NCBI GenBank assembly: GCA_964562015.1
Contig: CAZLRH010000009.1
Coordinates: 83,557 to 147,556 of the forward strand
From: an uncultured Opitutales bacterium
GTDB taxonomy: Bacteria; Verrucomicrobiota; Verrucomicrobiia; Opitutales; JABDGR01
Direction: 5' to 3'
DNA: 64,000 bases
Part shown: positions 16,838 to 26,010 of the stretch, piece by piece
How the letters are laid out: each line of letters begins with the position of its first letter
Position numbering within the stretch: the stretch's first letter is position 1
Position numbers and translations under genes: made by a program
Notes under the pieces: generated by a model
Database searches by the model: none
The model's input: only the letters and a program-made list of their open reading frames with translations
Told to the model about the DNA's origin: nothing

Positions 16838-16964
16838 TAACCGCAGATTTCGCAGATTAACGCAGATGAAAGCGAAAGCAGGATTAGCCGCGAAGGCATG
16901 ACGGTCGTGAAGAGTCCTGCTGTTTTGATTTTGAATCTGCGCGTATCTGCGCCATCTGCGGTTA
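16838..16964. repeat. Inverted element with 9-nt periodic (CGCAGAT) arms between convergent genes
   Basis: Left arm TAACCGCAGATTTCGCAGATTAACGCAGAT; right arm ATCTGCGCGTATCTGCGCCATCTGCGGTTA, whose end supplies the TAA stop of the M14 gene. Confidence 0.8.
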
Positions 16965-17741
16965 CTTCTTTGTTTCTTTCTCCCATTCCGCAATCGCCGC
17001 TTTGACGCCCATCACATGCGCCGCGACGCGGCGGGGCAAATCCTGCGCGGAGGGCGCTTCGAGCGTCAGGCAGTGGTCCGTGTGCTTGAGCGCGAGGTAG
17101 ATGGCCTCGGGGAAAACGGGCCGGTTGCGCAGGTCATCCACTGGGCGGGTGATGAGGCCGTTTTTTGCTTCCATGCCTTCGATGATGGGCGAACGGTCCA
17201 CGCCGCAAATGGATTCCACCGCCGCCAAAATGGCGTTGCCATAAAGCGGCCCGGTGGTGCCGTTGAGTTCGTACAAATAATAGCCGGAAGTCTCCCAATC
17301 CTCGTGGAGGCAGATGGCCAGGGCGTAACGGCGGCGGGCCATTTCCTCGCGCACGAGCCACGCGGTATGCTGCCGGGCCTCGGGCGACTGGCTGTTGCAA
17401 TAATCGCGATTCACATCCACGCCCGCCGGATTTTCCCGCGTTTTGGCCGCCAGTCCGCCGGGATTCAGCGCGGGGAATAACAGCCAGTGATAACGAGCAT
17501 CGAGCGCGCCTTCGCGGAGCAATTCCAAAATCGCCAGCGGCCCGGCGGGTTCGTCGCCATGAATACCGGAAGAGATATAAAGCGTCGGCGCCGCGGGATC
17601 GGCAGCGTCGCGCCGCAACAGGAGCAACGGCCAGCCGGCTGCCTCGCCGAAAGTCTCAATCGCGAAGCCGGCGGCTGTCGCCGCGGCTTTCACGTCGGCG
17701 AAAAAGGGCAGCAAGTCGAGCGCGGGGCCTTGGTAGGACAT
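16962..17741 (-). CDS. M14 family metallocarboxypeptidase / succinylglutamate desuccinylase-like protein
   Basis: GIHGDEPAG (HxxE), LNPGGL..TREN..GVDVNRDY, LHEDWE, TLEAPS. Start ATG at 17741. Confidence 0.85.
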   Translation of the reverse strand: MSYQGPALDLLPFFADVKAAATAAGFAIETFGEAAGWPLLLLRRDAADPAAPTLYISSGIHGDEPAGPLAILELLREGALDARYHWLLFPALNPGGLAAKTRENPAGVDVNRDYCNSQSPEARQHTAWLVREEMARRRYALAICLHEDWETSGYYLYELNGTTGPLYGNAILAAVESICGVDRSPIIEGMEAKNGLITRPVDDLRNRPVFPEAIYLALKHTDHCLTLEAPSAQDLPRRVAAHVMGVKAAIAEWEKETKK

Positions 17742-17747
17742 TGCAGA

Positions 17748-17789
17748 AGAAGGTAGAATGGAGAAGGTAGAAGGTGGAATGCAGAAGGC
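17748..17789. repeat. Degenerate heptamer tandem array (NGAANGN x6) directly 5' of the M14 start codon
   Basis: AGAAGGT AGAATGG AGAAGGT AGAAGGT GGAATGC AGAAGGC. Confidence 0.8.
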
Positions 17790-17966
17790 AAGGCGAGTTG
17801 AGCTTGTTGTCATGGAAGCCTCTCCAAGGGTCTGTGGACGGCTTAGAAAGCCTTCCCTGTACCAAACCGCAAATTGCCGACTGCCCATGAGCTTCTCGTC
17901 TTGATTGGCGGGTGGGTTATTCGGCAGACTTCCTGTTGCGGTTCTTGTGCCGCACCCCTCTCTCCC

Positions 17967-20966
17967 ATGAAATTCTGTTCCGCCAAGACTTTATCTCTTC
18001 GTCTGCTCGCTGCCCTCCTCGCGTTTACCGCAGCCAGCTTGGCGCGGGCCCAGCCGGTGGAAATCGTGCCGGTGCGTGATGCCGCCGCGCGCCAGTCGCT
18101 CGACGGCCCCTGGAAATTCCGCTACGTCGCCGGTCCGGTGACCGAGGCGGACGCCGCATTTTCCGCCGCCGCCTTTGACGACAAGGCCTGGGCTTCTATT
18201 CCCGTGCCCTCGCATTGGGAACTGGAGGGTTTCGCGGAGCCGAAATACGCCAAAGTGGATGAGGGCGCGGGCTACTACCGCCGCACTTTCCAGGTGCCCG
18301 CCGCCTGGCGCGGCCAACGTGTGATGCTGCGTTTTGATGGCGCGCTCTACGGGCTCGAAGTCTGGGTCAACGGCACGCGGGTGGGCGAGTGGGCCAGCAG
18401 CTATAATCCCGTCACTTTCGACATCACCGACGCCCTCAAGACCGCCGCCGACAACGTGCTCGCCGTGCGCGTCACAACGCATCCGAAGGGCTGGGAGTTT
18501 GACACCAACGATTGCTGGGCACTCTCGGGCATCTACCGCGAAGTCACGCTCATGGCCGTGCCGCCCACGCATTTTCAGCACTATACCGCGCGGACGACGT
18601 TGACGCCCGCCGGCGGCGCGAAGCTGCAACTCACCACGCTCCTGGCCGGTGATCCCGCGGGCGCGACCGTCCACGGAAAGTTGCGCGCGCCCGGCGGCGC
18701 ACTCGTGCAGGACTTCACGGTGCCGTTGAACGGCGCGCAGGGCGAAACGGCCATCGAGGTGGCGCAGCCCGAGTTGTGGACCGCCGAGACGCCGAATTTG
18801 TACGGGCTCGAACTCGTGCTCGAGCGGCCCGGCCAGCCCGCGCAGACGTTGAACGAGAAAATCGGCCTGCGCCAAATTTCGATCATCGACGGCATCCTCT
18901 GCCTCAACGGCCAGCCGGTGAAGCTGCGCGGCGTGGACCATCACGACATCTGGCCGGTCGCGGGCCGCGTGGCCACGGAGGAGTTAATGCGTCACGACCT
19001 GGAAATGATCAAGGGCGCCAACGCAAATTTCATCCGCACTTCGCACTACCCGCCGCATCCGCGTTTCATTGAGCTGTGCGACGAAATGGGCGTTTACGTG
19101 ATGGATGAAGTGCCCTTCGGCTTCGGCGACAACCACCTCACTGACCCGAGTTACCAGGACATTTTGCTCACCCGCGCGCGGGCCACCGTCCTGCGCGATG
19201 AGAATCACCCGAGTGTCATCGTCTGGAGCGTGGGCAATGAAAACAACAACACCCCGCTGACCCTCGCCACCGGCGCGCGCGTGAAGGAACTCGATCCCTC
19301 GCGCCCGATTTGCTTCCCGCAAGTCGGCTCCTATTTCGGCCGCAGTTATCGTGAGTTGCCGGATTTCGTGGACATTTACGCCCCGCACTATCCCGAGGTG
19401 AACACCGTTCGCTCCTACGCGACGCAACTCTCGCGCCCGGTGATATTCACGGAGTATGCCCACGCGCTCGGCCTGGCCACCGACCGCATTCAAAGCGAAT
19501 GGGCCATCATGCAGGCCAGCCCGCGCCTGGCCGGCGGCGCGGTGTGGATGTTCCAGGACCAGGGCATCCTGCGCACCAGCGAAAAATCCGCCGATGAGCG
19601 TGAAGCCAATCCCTACGTCTGGCTCGACGCGCATCATTATTACGACACCAACCAACTCGACGGCATGGACGGCATCGTCTATTCCGACCGCACTCCGCAG
19701 CCGGATTATTTCGAAGTACGCAAAGTTTATTCGCCTGTGCAAATCGCCACGACCAGTGCGCCCGTGCAGCCGGGCGCGAATGAAGTGACGCTCCCGGTGG
19801 AAAACCGTTTCGATTTTCGCAGCCTCGAACATTACACGCTCGAGTGGACTGTGCGCGACAACCGCTCCATCCTCGCCGAAGGCCGGGTGCCTCTCCAGGC
19901 CGCGGCGCACGCGACGGAGCAGGTGAAGATTCCGGTCAAATTGCCCGACAACTTATCCGGCGATTTCTTTACGCTGGCGCTACGCTGCGTGGATGAAAAG
20001 GGCAACTCCCTTTACGAGCGCATGGTGCGGCTGGAACCTTCGGCCGCGTTGAACCCCGCTCAAGCCGTGGTCCAGGGCGCGGCGGCTTCGCCGTTGCAAC
20101 TGACGGAAACGCCGGACGCTTTCGTCGTGCGGCATCCGCTGATTTCGCTTTCCCTCGACCGGCACACCGGAGAATTGACCTTGAGCGATCCGGCGGGCGC
20201 GGTGCTGGCGCGCGGGCCGCTGCCGCACACGGGCCGCACGCGCATCACGCAGACAGAGGAATTGCGCGCCAAGGCCGATTCGCTCTGGCTCGGCTCCACG
20301 CTCAGCCATCCAGCGGATTTGGCCACCACCGCCACGCAGAAGGCCGACGGCATCACGCTGCATGTGCAGGGCAAATATTCGCGCAACGACATTCCCGCGC
20401 AATTCATCGTGGGCGGGTTCACGGCCACGCTGCGCCCGACGGGGGCGCTCGAAATCAGCTACGAATTCACGCCGGAACAGGCGGATGGGCGCATGATTGA
20501 AGCGGGCGTTTCCTTCGTCGCGGCCCCGGCGGCCACGGAATTTCGCTGGGTGGGCCAGGGGCCGTATCCTGGCTATCCGGCGAAGGATGCGCTCGACGAA
20601 TTCGGCATTTTCCACCTCAGCCGCGACGACCTTTATTTCGGCGGCAACCGCCGCGGTACCGAAGTCGCCGTGCTTTCGACTCCGGCTGGCAACGGCTTTG
20701 CACTGCTCAGCCCGCCGGCGGATATTGCGGTGGAAGTCACGCCCGAGGGCGTGATTCTCAGCCACAACGCCGCGCTTTCCAGCCGCGGTAACAAGGGGAA
20801 TTCCGCTGAAGTGCCCTTGCGCGTCTCGTCCTTGAAGACGATTGCCGGGCAATTCACCTTGCTGCCGCTCGGTTCAGCGTGGCCAGTGGCGCTCGCGCGC
20901 TGGGTTGGCCCGCCGACAGAAAACGTGGCGGTGCAAAAGCCTTTCTACCGCAGTTACGATCAATAA
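17967..20966 (+). CDS. Secreted GH2 beta-galactosidase-like glycoside hydrolase (LacZ/EbgA architecture)
   Basis: Signal peptide; SLDGPWKF, VPSHWELEG, RFDGALY, LSGIYREV, LNGQPVKLRGVDHH, RTSHYP, WSVGNE (acid/base), TEYAHALG (nucleophile); C-terminal Bgal_small-like domain. Confidence 0.9.
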   Translation: MKFCSAKTLSLRLLAALLAFTAASLARAQPVEIVPVRDAAARQSLDGPWKFRYVAGPVTEADAAFSAAAFDDKAWASIPVPSHWELEGFAEPKYAKVDEGAGYYRRTFQVPAAWRGQRVMLRFDGALYGLEVWVNGTRVGEWASSYNPVTFDITDALKTAADNVLAVRVTTHPKGWEFDTNDCWALSGIYREVTLMAVPPTHFQHYTARTTLTPAGGAKLQLTTLLAGDPAGATVHGKLRAPGGALVQDFTVPLNGAQGETAIEVAQPELWTAETPNLYGLELVLERPGQPAQTLNEKIGLRQISIIDGILCLNGQPVKLRGVDHHDIWPVAGRVATEELMRHDLEMIKGANANFIRTSHYPPHPRFIELCDEMGVYVMDEVPFGFGDNHLTDPSYQDILLTRARATVLRDENHPSVIVWSVGNENNNTPLTLATGARVKELDPSRPICFPQVGSYFGRSYRELPDFVDIYAPHYPEVNTVRSYATQLSRPVIFTEYAHALGLATDRIQSEWAIMQASPRLAGGAVWMFQDQGILRTSEKSADEREANPYVWLDAHHYYDTNQLDGMDGIVYSDRTPQPDYFEVRKVYSPVQIATTSAPVQPGANEVTLPVENRFDFRSLEHYTLEWTVRDNRSILAEGRVPLQAAAHATEQVKIPVKLPDNLSGDFFTLALRCVDEKGNSLYERMVRLEPSAALNPAQAVVQGAAASPLQLTETPDAFVVRHPLISLSLDRHTGELTLSDPAGAVLARGPLPHTGRTRITQTEELRAKADSLWLGSTLSHPADLATTATQKADGITLHVQGKYSRNDIPAQFIVGGFTATLRPTGALEISYEFTPEQADGRMIEAGVSFVAAPAATEFRWVGQGPYPGYPAKDALDEFGIFHLSRDDLYFGGNRRGTEVAVLSTPAGNGFALLSPPADIAVEVTPEGVILSHNAALSSRGNKGNSAEVPLRVSSLKTIAGQFTLLPLGSAWPVALARWVGPPTENVAVQKPFYRSYDQ

Positions 20967-20976
20967 CGGAAAGCCC

Positions 20977-22887
20977 TTACTGATTCGCAATGTTCTGCGC
21001 GGTCTTCAGCAAGTCCGCGCGCAGGGATTCCGGAATCTGCGCCGACTGAATCGCGGCGATCGCGGCGGGCGCGTCTTTCTTGGCCCACTGCGTGGTCACC
21101 GCGCGCAGGGTCGTGGTGCGATTGGCGCTGTCGTTGATGGAGCCGGCCCAGTTGAAGGCCGAGGGCAAATCATTCGGGCCTTCGGTGGCGATGAGTTTTT
21201 GCACGGCGTTGTCGCGGCCCTCGCCCGCGGGCAACGTGTTAATCCATTCGGAAGCCGCGAGCGGATCCTGCTTGAGGTAACTGTCGGCGACCTTGGCGAT
21301 GGCGTCGGACTGAATTTTCGGGTCGGTCAAGCTGCCCAGCAGCGCCGCGGCCTGCGCCGGATCCTGGGCGCTCCACGTGCTGATGATGTTGCCGAGCGTG
21401 CGGTTGCGGTTGTCGCCGGCGGGCAAGTCGGCGGCGTAGTTCCAGGCCGCTTGCGGATCGACACTGGCCACGGCACTGATGGCGCCGCGCACCGCCGAGT
21501 CCTGCCCGGTGCCCGCGGGCAGCGCTTCCGCCCACGCGAGGGCGCCCTTGGGGTCGGCGTTGGCCCAATTGGTGGCAACCTGGCCGGTCAGTTTGCTGTA
21601 ATTGGGATCGTTCCCCATCGTTTGAATATAGGCGGCGGAACCGGCGGGATCGCTGGAGATCCAGGTGCCGAGCACATTTTGCATGGCGGCCTGGCGCACA
21701 GCGGCATTGTCGGACGGCAGGGATTGCGCCCAACTGAGCGCGGCTTGAATATCCTGACGGGCCCAGGCGCTGGCCAATTCCGGCACGCCCTTGTCGCGAA
21801 TGGCGGTGTCACTCATGTTCATGAGATAAGTGGCGGTGCCGGCGGGATCGACCTGGCTCATTTGCATCAACGCAGTGGTCATGGCCTTGTCGTGCGTCTG
21901 GCCGGTGGCCACCGTATCGATCCAGGCGAGCGTGGCGGCCGGGTCTTTTTGCGCCCAGGTTTGGGCGATGGTGCCGATCAAGCTGTCGCGGCGGTCGCCA
22001 TTGGGCAGGGTGCCCACATAAGCGGTGGCCGCCTGCGGATCCTGAGTGGCGAGCGAAGTCAAAACGCTACTCACCGCACTGTTGCGGGCGCTGGCGATGG
22101 GAAGATTGCCGGCCCAGGCGAGCGCAGCCTGCGGGTCTTCCTGCGCCCAGGCGCTGGCGACATTTTGCAGGGCCTGATTGCGGGCCTGGCTGGCCGGGAG
22201 GTCGAGCGCGGCGGCGGCGGCGGCCGTGGAGTCCTGTTTGGCCCAGGCGGAGAAGACACTGCCATAAAGCTGGGCCGACTGCTGGCCCACGGGCAATTTA
22301 CGCACGGTGTCGAGCGCACCCGTCGGGTCTTTCATGGCCATGTTGGACAGCACGTTTTGCTGGATGGCGCTGCGTATGCCTGCGTTTTCAATTTTGTCGA
22401 GGCTCGCGAGTGCCGCGTTCGGATCCTTGGCCGACCAGGAATCAAAAACCAGGTAAAGGTCGGTGGTGCGTTCGTTGGCATTGGGTTGTCCTTTGGCCCA
22501 ATCCAGCGCGGCCGCCGGATCCGCGTCGGCCCAGCGCGCGGCGATGATGGCTTTGGCGAGCTGGTTGTCCGAGGTCGCGGGCATTTTGGCGAGCGAGTCG
22601 AGCAGCGAGTGGGCGCCCGCGGGGTCGAGATTGCTGGCAAAATCGAGCAAATCCCGATAGCGGGCGACGATACCGGGCGCCGTCAGGATTTTGGTCAGCT
22701 TGGATTGCTGGGAAGCGACGGAGCCGGAAGCCGTGGTTTTAGCGGTGGCCTTTTCCGCCGCGCCGGCCGGGCCGTGGCTCTGGGCCGCAGCGAGTTCCTC
22801 GCCCAAGCGGGAATTTTGACGATACTGCCAGCCGATGACGGCGAGGGCGGCGATGATGAGCGCAGTGAGCAGGGAATTTGATTTCAT
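20977..22887 (-). CDS. Membrane-anchored W-DP helical-repeat protein (about 17 repeats)
   Basis: N-terminal TM (LLTALIIAALAVIGWQY) followed by ~33-aa repeats such as WADADPAAALDWA, WAQEDPQAALAWA, WANADPKGALAWA. Confidence 0.85.
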   Translation of the reverse strand: MKSNSLLTALIIAALAVIGWQYRQNSRLGEELAAAQSHGPAGAAEKATAKTTASGSVASQQSKLTKILTAPGIVARYRDLLDFASNLDPAGAHSLLDSLAKMPATSDNQLAKAIIAARWADADPAAALDWAKGQPNANERTTDLYLVFDSWSAKDPNAALASLDKIENAGIRSAIQQNVLSNMAMKDPTGALDTVRKLPVGQQSAQLYGSVFSAWAKQDSTAAAAAALDLPASQARNQALQNVASAWAQEDPQAALAWAGNLPIASARNSAVSSVLTSLATQDPQAATAYVGTLPNGDRRDSLIGTIAQTWAQKDPAATLAWIDTVATGQTHDKAMTTALMQMSQVDPAGTATYLMNMSDTAIRDKGVPELASAWARQDIQAALSWAQSLPSDNAAVRQAAMQNVLGTWISSDPAGSAAYIQTMGNDPNYSKLTGQVATNWANADPKGALAWAEALPAGTGQDSAVRGAISAVASVDPQAAWNYAADLPAGDNRNRTLGNIISTWSAQDPAQAAALLGSLTDPKIQSDAIAKVADSYLKQDPLAASEWINTLPAGEGRDNAVQKLIATEGPNDLPSAFNWAGSINDSANRTTTLRAVTTQWAKKDAPAAIAAIQSAQIPESLRADLLKTAQNIANQ

Positions 22888-23099
22888 GAAGGTGGGTTGC
22901 TACCTAGGTTATACGATAACGGGCGCGGATGTTTCCGAATATTACAATGGGCGGTGATTTTTATAGAGGATGGAACGGCGCGAGGCCTGGGCGCCCGGCT
23001 GGATGGGCGGTTGAAAGCGGGGAGTGGCACCGGCGATTGCTTTCCACCTTACATTAGGCACCGGCATCCCGTTGAGTTTACAAAAAATTTATGTTCTCT

Positions 23100-23813
23100 C
23101 TAACTGGCCGGCTGCAACAGCCACGCTGTGGTGCGTTGTTGGCGGGCATGGGCAATTAAAAGTACTAGCAGCGGCACGGTGGCTTCCGGCCAGTTCGAAT
23201 TTAGCGCAGGGAGAAACCAATGGTGAAAGCCGCCATAAATCCCGAGCATGAAACTATGCGGCTCCAAATTGGCGTGAAAAAAAAGCGCGTACAGCGAGCA
23301 TAGTCCGCACGCCAGCACCGACCAGGCGAAGTTCAAGGCCGCGCGGCGGGCCAGCCTGTGATAGATGGCGGCGATCAATCCTATCGCGGCAAATTTGCCC
23401 AGGCCCACTCCTATCAGCATCACGCCAAATTGCGCCGGCACGTCGAAATAGAACTGGAACCCCGTGCGGCCCACGAGCACGGAGCTATAAACCGCGACGA
23501 GCCAAAACAGTATCCACAACACCGGCGTCGCCAAAATCGGCACGAGGCCAAAGCCCAAACGCGGATGCCGCCCCCACCACGAGGATTCGCGCAACCTCGT
23601 CAAATGCTGTTCCGCCAGTGCCGCGGGTTCACCGAGGCACAGGGCGGCCTGCGCGCTGGCCGCGGTTTCGGTGAGCCCGCCCGCGAGTCCGGCTTGGCGC
23701 AGATCCTCCAAGTGGTCGGCCGTTTCCGCGACGATGCGCTTCGCCACGGCGAGCGGGCAGCCGAGTTCGGCCAGTCGCCGGCGCAATTGCAGAATGGGGG
23801 CAGGGTTAGACAT
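23100..23813 (-). CDS. Membrane protein with a permease-prefix/HAAS-like N-terminal helical domain (PadR partner)
   Basis: RRLAELG..RIVAETADHLED..AAQAALCLGEPAALA followed by 4 TM segments; overlaps the padR stop by 8 nt. Confidence 0.75.
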   Translation of the reverse strand: MSNPAPILQLRRRLAELGCPLAVAKRIVAETADHLEDLRQAGLAGGLTETAASAQAALCLGEPAALAEQHLTRLRESSWWGRHPRLGFGLVPILATPVLWILFWLVAVYSSVLVGRTGFQFYFDVPAQFGVMLIGVGLGKFAAIGLIAAIYHRLARRAALNFAWSVLACGLCSLYALFFHANLEPHSFMLGIYGGFHHWFLPALNSNWPEATVPLLVLLIAHARQQRTTAWLLQPAS

Positions 23814-24141
23814 GTTGCCCTCCCATCACCAAGGCCACGGCATCGGTTACGCGCGCCCATTCGCTGGTCAGGGCCTCGAGGCGTTTCTGGCCGCGCGCCG
23901 TCAAGTCATAGTAGTGGCGGCTGCGGCCCTCGATTTGGCGGCGCTCGCTGCGGACAAATTTTTCGGCTTCGAGATAATGCAGGTACGGATAAATGCAGCC
24001 CTCGCCGAAAGTCAGGGCGTCCTTGGTCTGCACCTGGATTTCCTTCACGATTTCATAGCCATACATCGTGCGGCGGGCCAGCAGCCGCAGGACGAGCAGT
24101 TCGGGCACCCCATTCAAGAAGCTGGGATTGGTTTTCTTCAT
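23806..24141 (-). CDS. PadR family transcriptional regulator
   Basis: LLVLRLLARRTMYGYEIVKEI..EGCIYPYLHYLE..GRSRHYYDLTARG..W. Confidence 0.92.
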   Translation of the reverse strand: MKKTNPSFLNGVPELLVLRLLARRTMYGYEIVKEIQVQTKDALTFGEGCIYPYLHYLEAEKFVRSERRQIEGRSRHYYDLTARGQKRLEALTSEWARVTDAVALVMGGQHV

Positions 24142-24161
24142 GGCGGCGGTTTTGCCTCAAG

Positions 24162-24185
24162 GTTCAAGGTACGTCAACCTTGAAC
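24162..24185. promoter_or_regulatory. Palindromic operator candidate upstream of padR
   Basis: Perfect 9-bp inverted repeat GTTCAAGGT-N6-ACCTTGAAC, 21 nt upstream of the padR ATG. Confidence 0.6.
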
Positions 24186-24239
24186 TGTGAGGTATGAAGG
24201 TGGGCGCGGGCAGAAGGAATGAAACGAGTTCAACTCGGC

Positions 24240-25916
24240 TCAGTTCTTTGCGCCCGCGCGGCGGCCTTTCCACGCCTGCCACAGGGGCCACAGCACGAAC
24301 AGCATCGGCAGCCAGCAAAGCACGAGGAACCAGCGCGAGCCGGCCAAGCCATCCTGCGCCACTTTGAAAAACGTCCGCCCTTGAATAAATGCTTTGGCGG
24401 CTTCGTCATTGGCATGGAGCGCGGAGGCCGCGCCCCCGAGCGCGAATTGTTTCGCGACCGCCGCTCCGCCGCAGGCCGCCTCCCACGCCAGGGCGCAACC
24501 GCCAAACGCAAAGTTGCCCACGGCCACTCCACCCATCGCCCACCAGCCGGCGGCCACGCCGCCGCCCGCCCAAATTCCCAGCGCGGCCCCGCCAACGGCC
24601 AGCAAGCCAAAGGCCGCGCCGCCAAAGCTAATCAACCCCACGGTCATTCCACCGAAACTTAACGGTGCGATCGCCACGCCGCCTGCAGCGCACAATCCTC
24701 CAATGGCGAAATCTCCGCCCGCAATCCAGCCGACCGCCGGGCGCAACTTTTCCTCGTCCCGCCGGCCGGCGCGGATATGCACCAGAGGCAAACCCAGAAA
24801 ACTCCAAGCACTGCGGTATTCTTTGACCGGCCAGAAATCGAAACGCACTTTGCTCGGTTCGACGGGTGTGGGTCCCACATTTTGTTCCGCTCGCAATTGC
24901 CGCAATCGTTGATTGGAACGCAGCGCGAACGGGACCAGCAGCGCCACATACGCGGCCCAAATTCCCGCAAACCCCAGCACCGTCAGCAACGGATTAACCG
25001 CCCACAAATCTTCGAAGAAAATACTCCAAAGGGCGGTCAAGACCACGACCACGGCCACCAGCGCCACGATGGTCCAGGCATTTTTCTTGATCATTTTTTT
25101 CTCTTCGGCGGAGCGCGCGAACTTGAGTTGCACACTGACGCCGACCCACCCGCCCACGATTCCCAGCACCGGGCCCAGCACCGTGGCCGCGAGTCCCGCC
25201 CAGCCCAGGCCGCCGGCCATCGCTCCGCCCTTGGCCATGCCGGCGCCCATGGCGCCAATTTTTCCCGACACAGCCAGCATCGGCAGCGCGGCCTGTACGC
25301 TGAGCGTAAAAGCAGTCCCCGGTCCGCTGCGACCCAGTGCCGTTTCCACAAAGGCGAGCATGCGCTCCTGCAACATTTTCCGCCCGCGGGACAGGCGCTG
25401 CATGACCGCGTCCTCGCTTAGTTCCAAGGCTTCAGCTACGCGTGCCACCGACTGTTCGCCGCGATAATACAACACCAGGGGCTCGCGATAGAGTTCCGGC
25501 AGTTGCCCGAGTTCGCGCCAGAGCAGGGCGGATTCCTCGCGGCTGATGGCTTGGGCCGCGGGCGGTGGTTCCGACGCGGGCAGATTTTCTGCGGCCTCCA
25601 GCGTTGCGGCGGCATGCGACGGCTCGCGTCCCAACTGCCGCCGGTCTTGGTTAATAGTGTGGCGCGCAATGCCGCACAACCAGGAGCGAAGTTTGGCGGG
25701 CTCGCGCAGTTCGCCCAGGTGCTGCCAGGCCGCGATGAATGTCTTCTGCGCCAGGTCTTCGCTTTGGCTTACGTTGCCGGTGGCGCTGTAAGCCAGGGCG
25801 CAAACGAGCGCCTGGTAGCGCGCGACGATTTGCCCGAAGGCCTCGCGCTGGCCTTCGAGGCTTTGGGCCACGAGCGCGGCGTCTGGGGCGGGTGCGATGG
25901 ATTCAGTGGTTGGCAT
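24240..25916 (-). CDS. ECF sigma-70 factor fused to a polytopic membrane domain with Gly-rich hydrophobic repeats
   Basis: DAALVAQSLEGQREAFGQIVARYQ..SEDLAQKTF..LRSWLCGIARH; LPELYREPLVLYY..QRLSRGRKML; then several TMs and EYRS..FLGLPLVHI..GWIAGGD..GG repeats. Start ATG 25916. Confidence 0.85.
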   Translation of the reverse strand: MPTTESIAPAPDAALVAQSLEGQREAFGQIVARYQALVCALAYSATGNVSQSEDLAQKTFIAAWQHLGELREPAKLRSWLCGIARHTINQDRRQLGREPSHAAATLEAAENLPASEPPPAAQAISREESALLWRELGQLPELYREPLVLYYRGEQSVARVAEALELSEDAVMQRLSRGRKMLQERMLAFVETALGRSGPGTAFTLSVQAALPMLAVSGKIGAMGAGMAKGGAMAGGLGWAGLAATVLGPVLGIVGGWVGVSVQLKFARSAEEKKMIKKNAWTIVALVAVVVVLTALWSIFFEDLWAVNPLLTVLGFAGIWAAYVALLVPFALRSNQRLRQLRAEQNVGPTPVEPSKVRFDFWPVKEYRSAWSFLGLPLVHIRAGRRDEEKLRPAVGWIAGGDFAIGGLCAAGGVAIAPLSFGGMTVGLISFGGAAFGLLAVGGAALGIWAGGGVAAGWWAMGGVAVGNFAFGGCALAWEAACGGAAVAKQFALGGAASALHANDEAAKAFIQGRTFFKVAQDGLAGSRWFLVLCWLPMLFVLWPLWQAWKGRRAGAKN

Positions 25917-26010
25917 GTCACCCCTTAAGTGGCGCAAACGGACGCCAACCTGACCGGAAATTTTGCGCCTGCCGATTCGGCTGCAAATCCGCGGCGAAGT
26001 TCGCCCGCAT

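Noticed and set aside
20842-22881. 679-aa plus-strand ORF
   Set aside because: Antisense shadow of the W-DP repeat gene; Arg/Gly-rich composition typical of high-GC reverse frames and no motifs.
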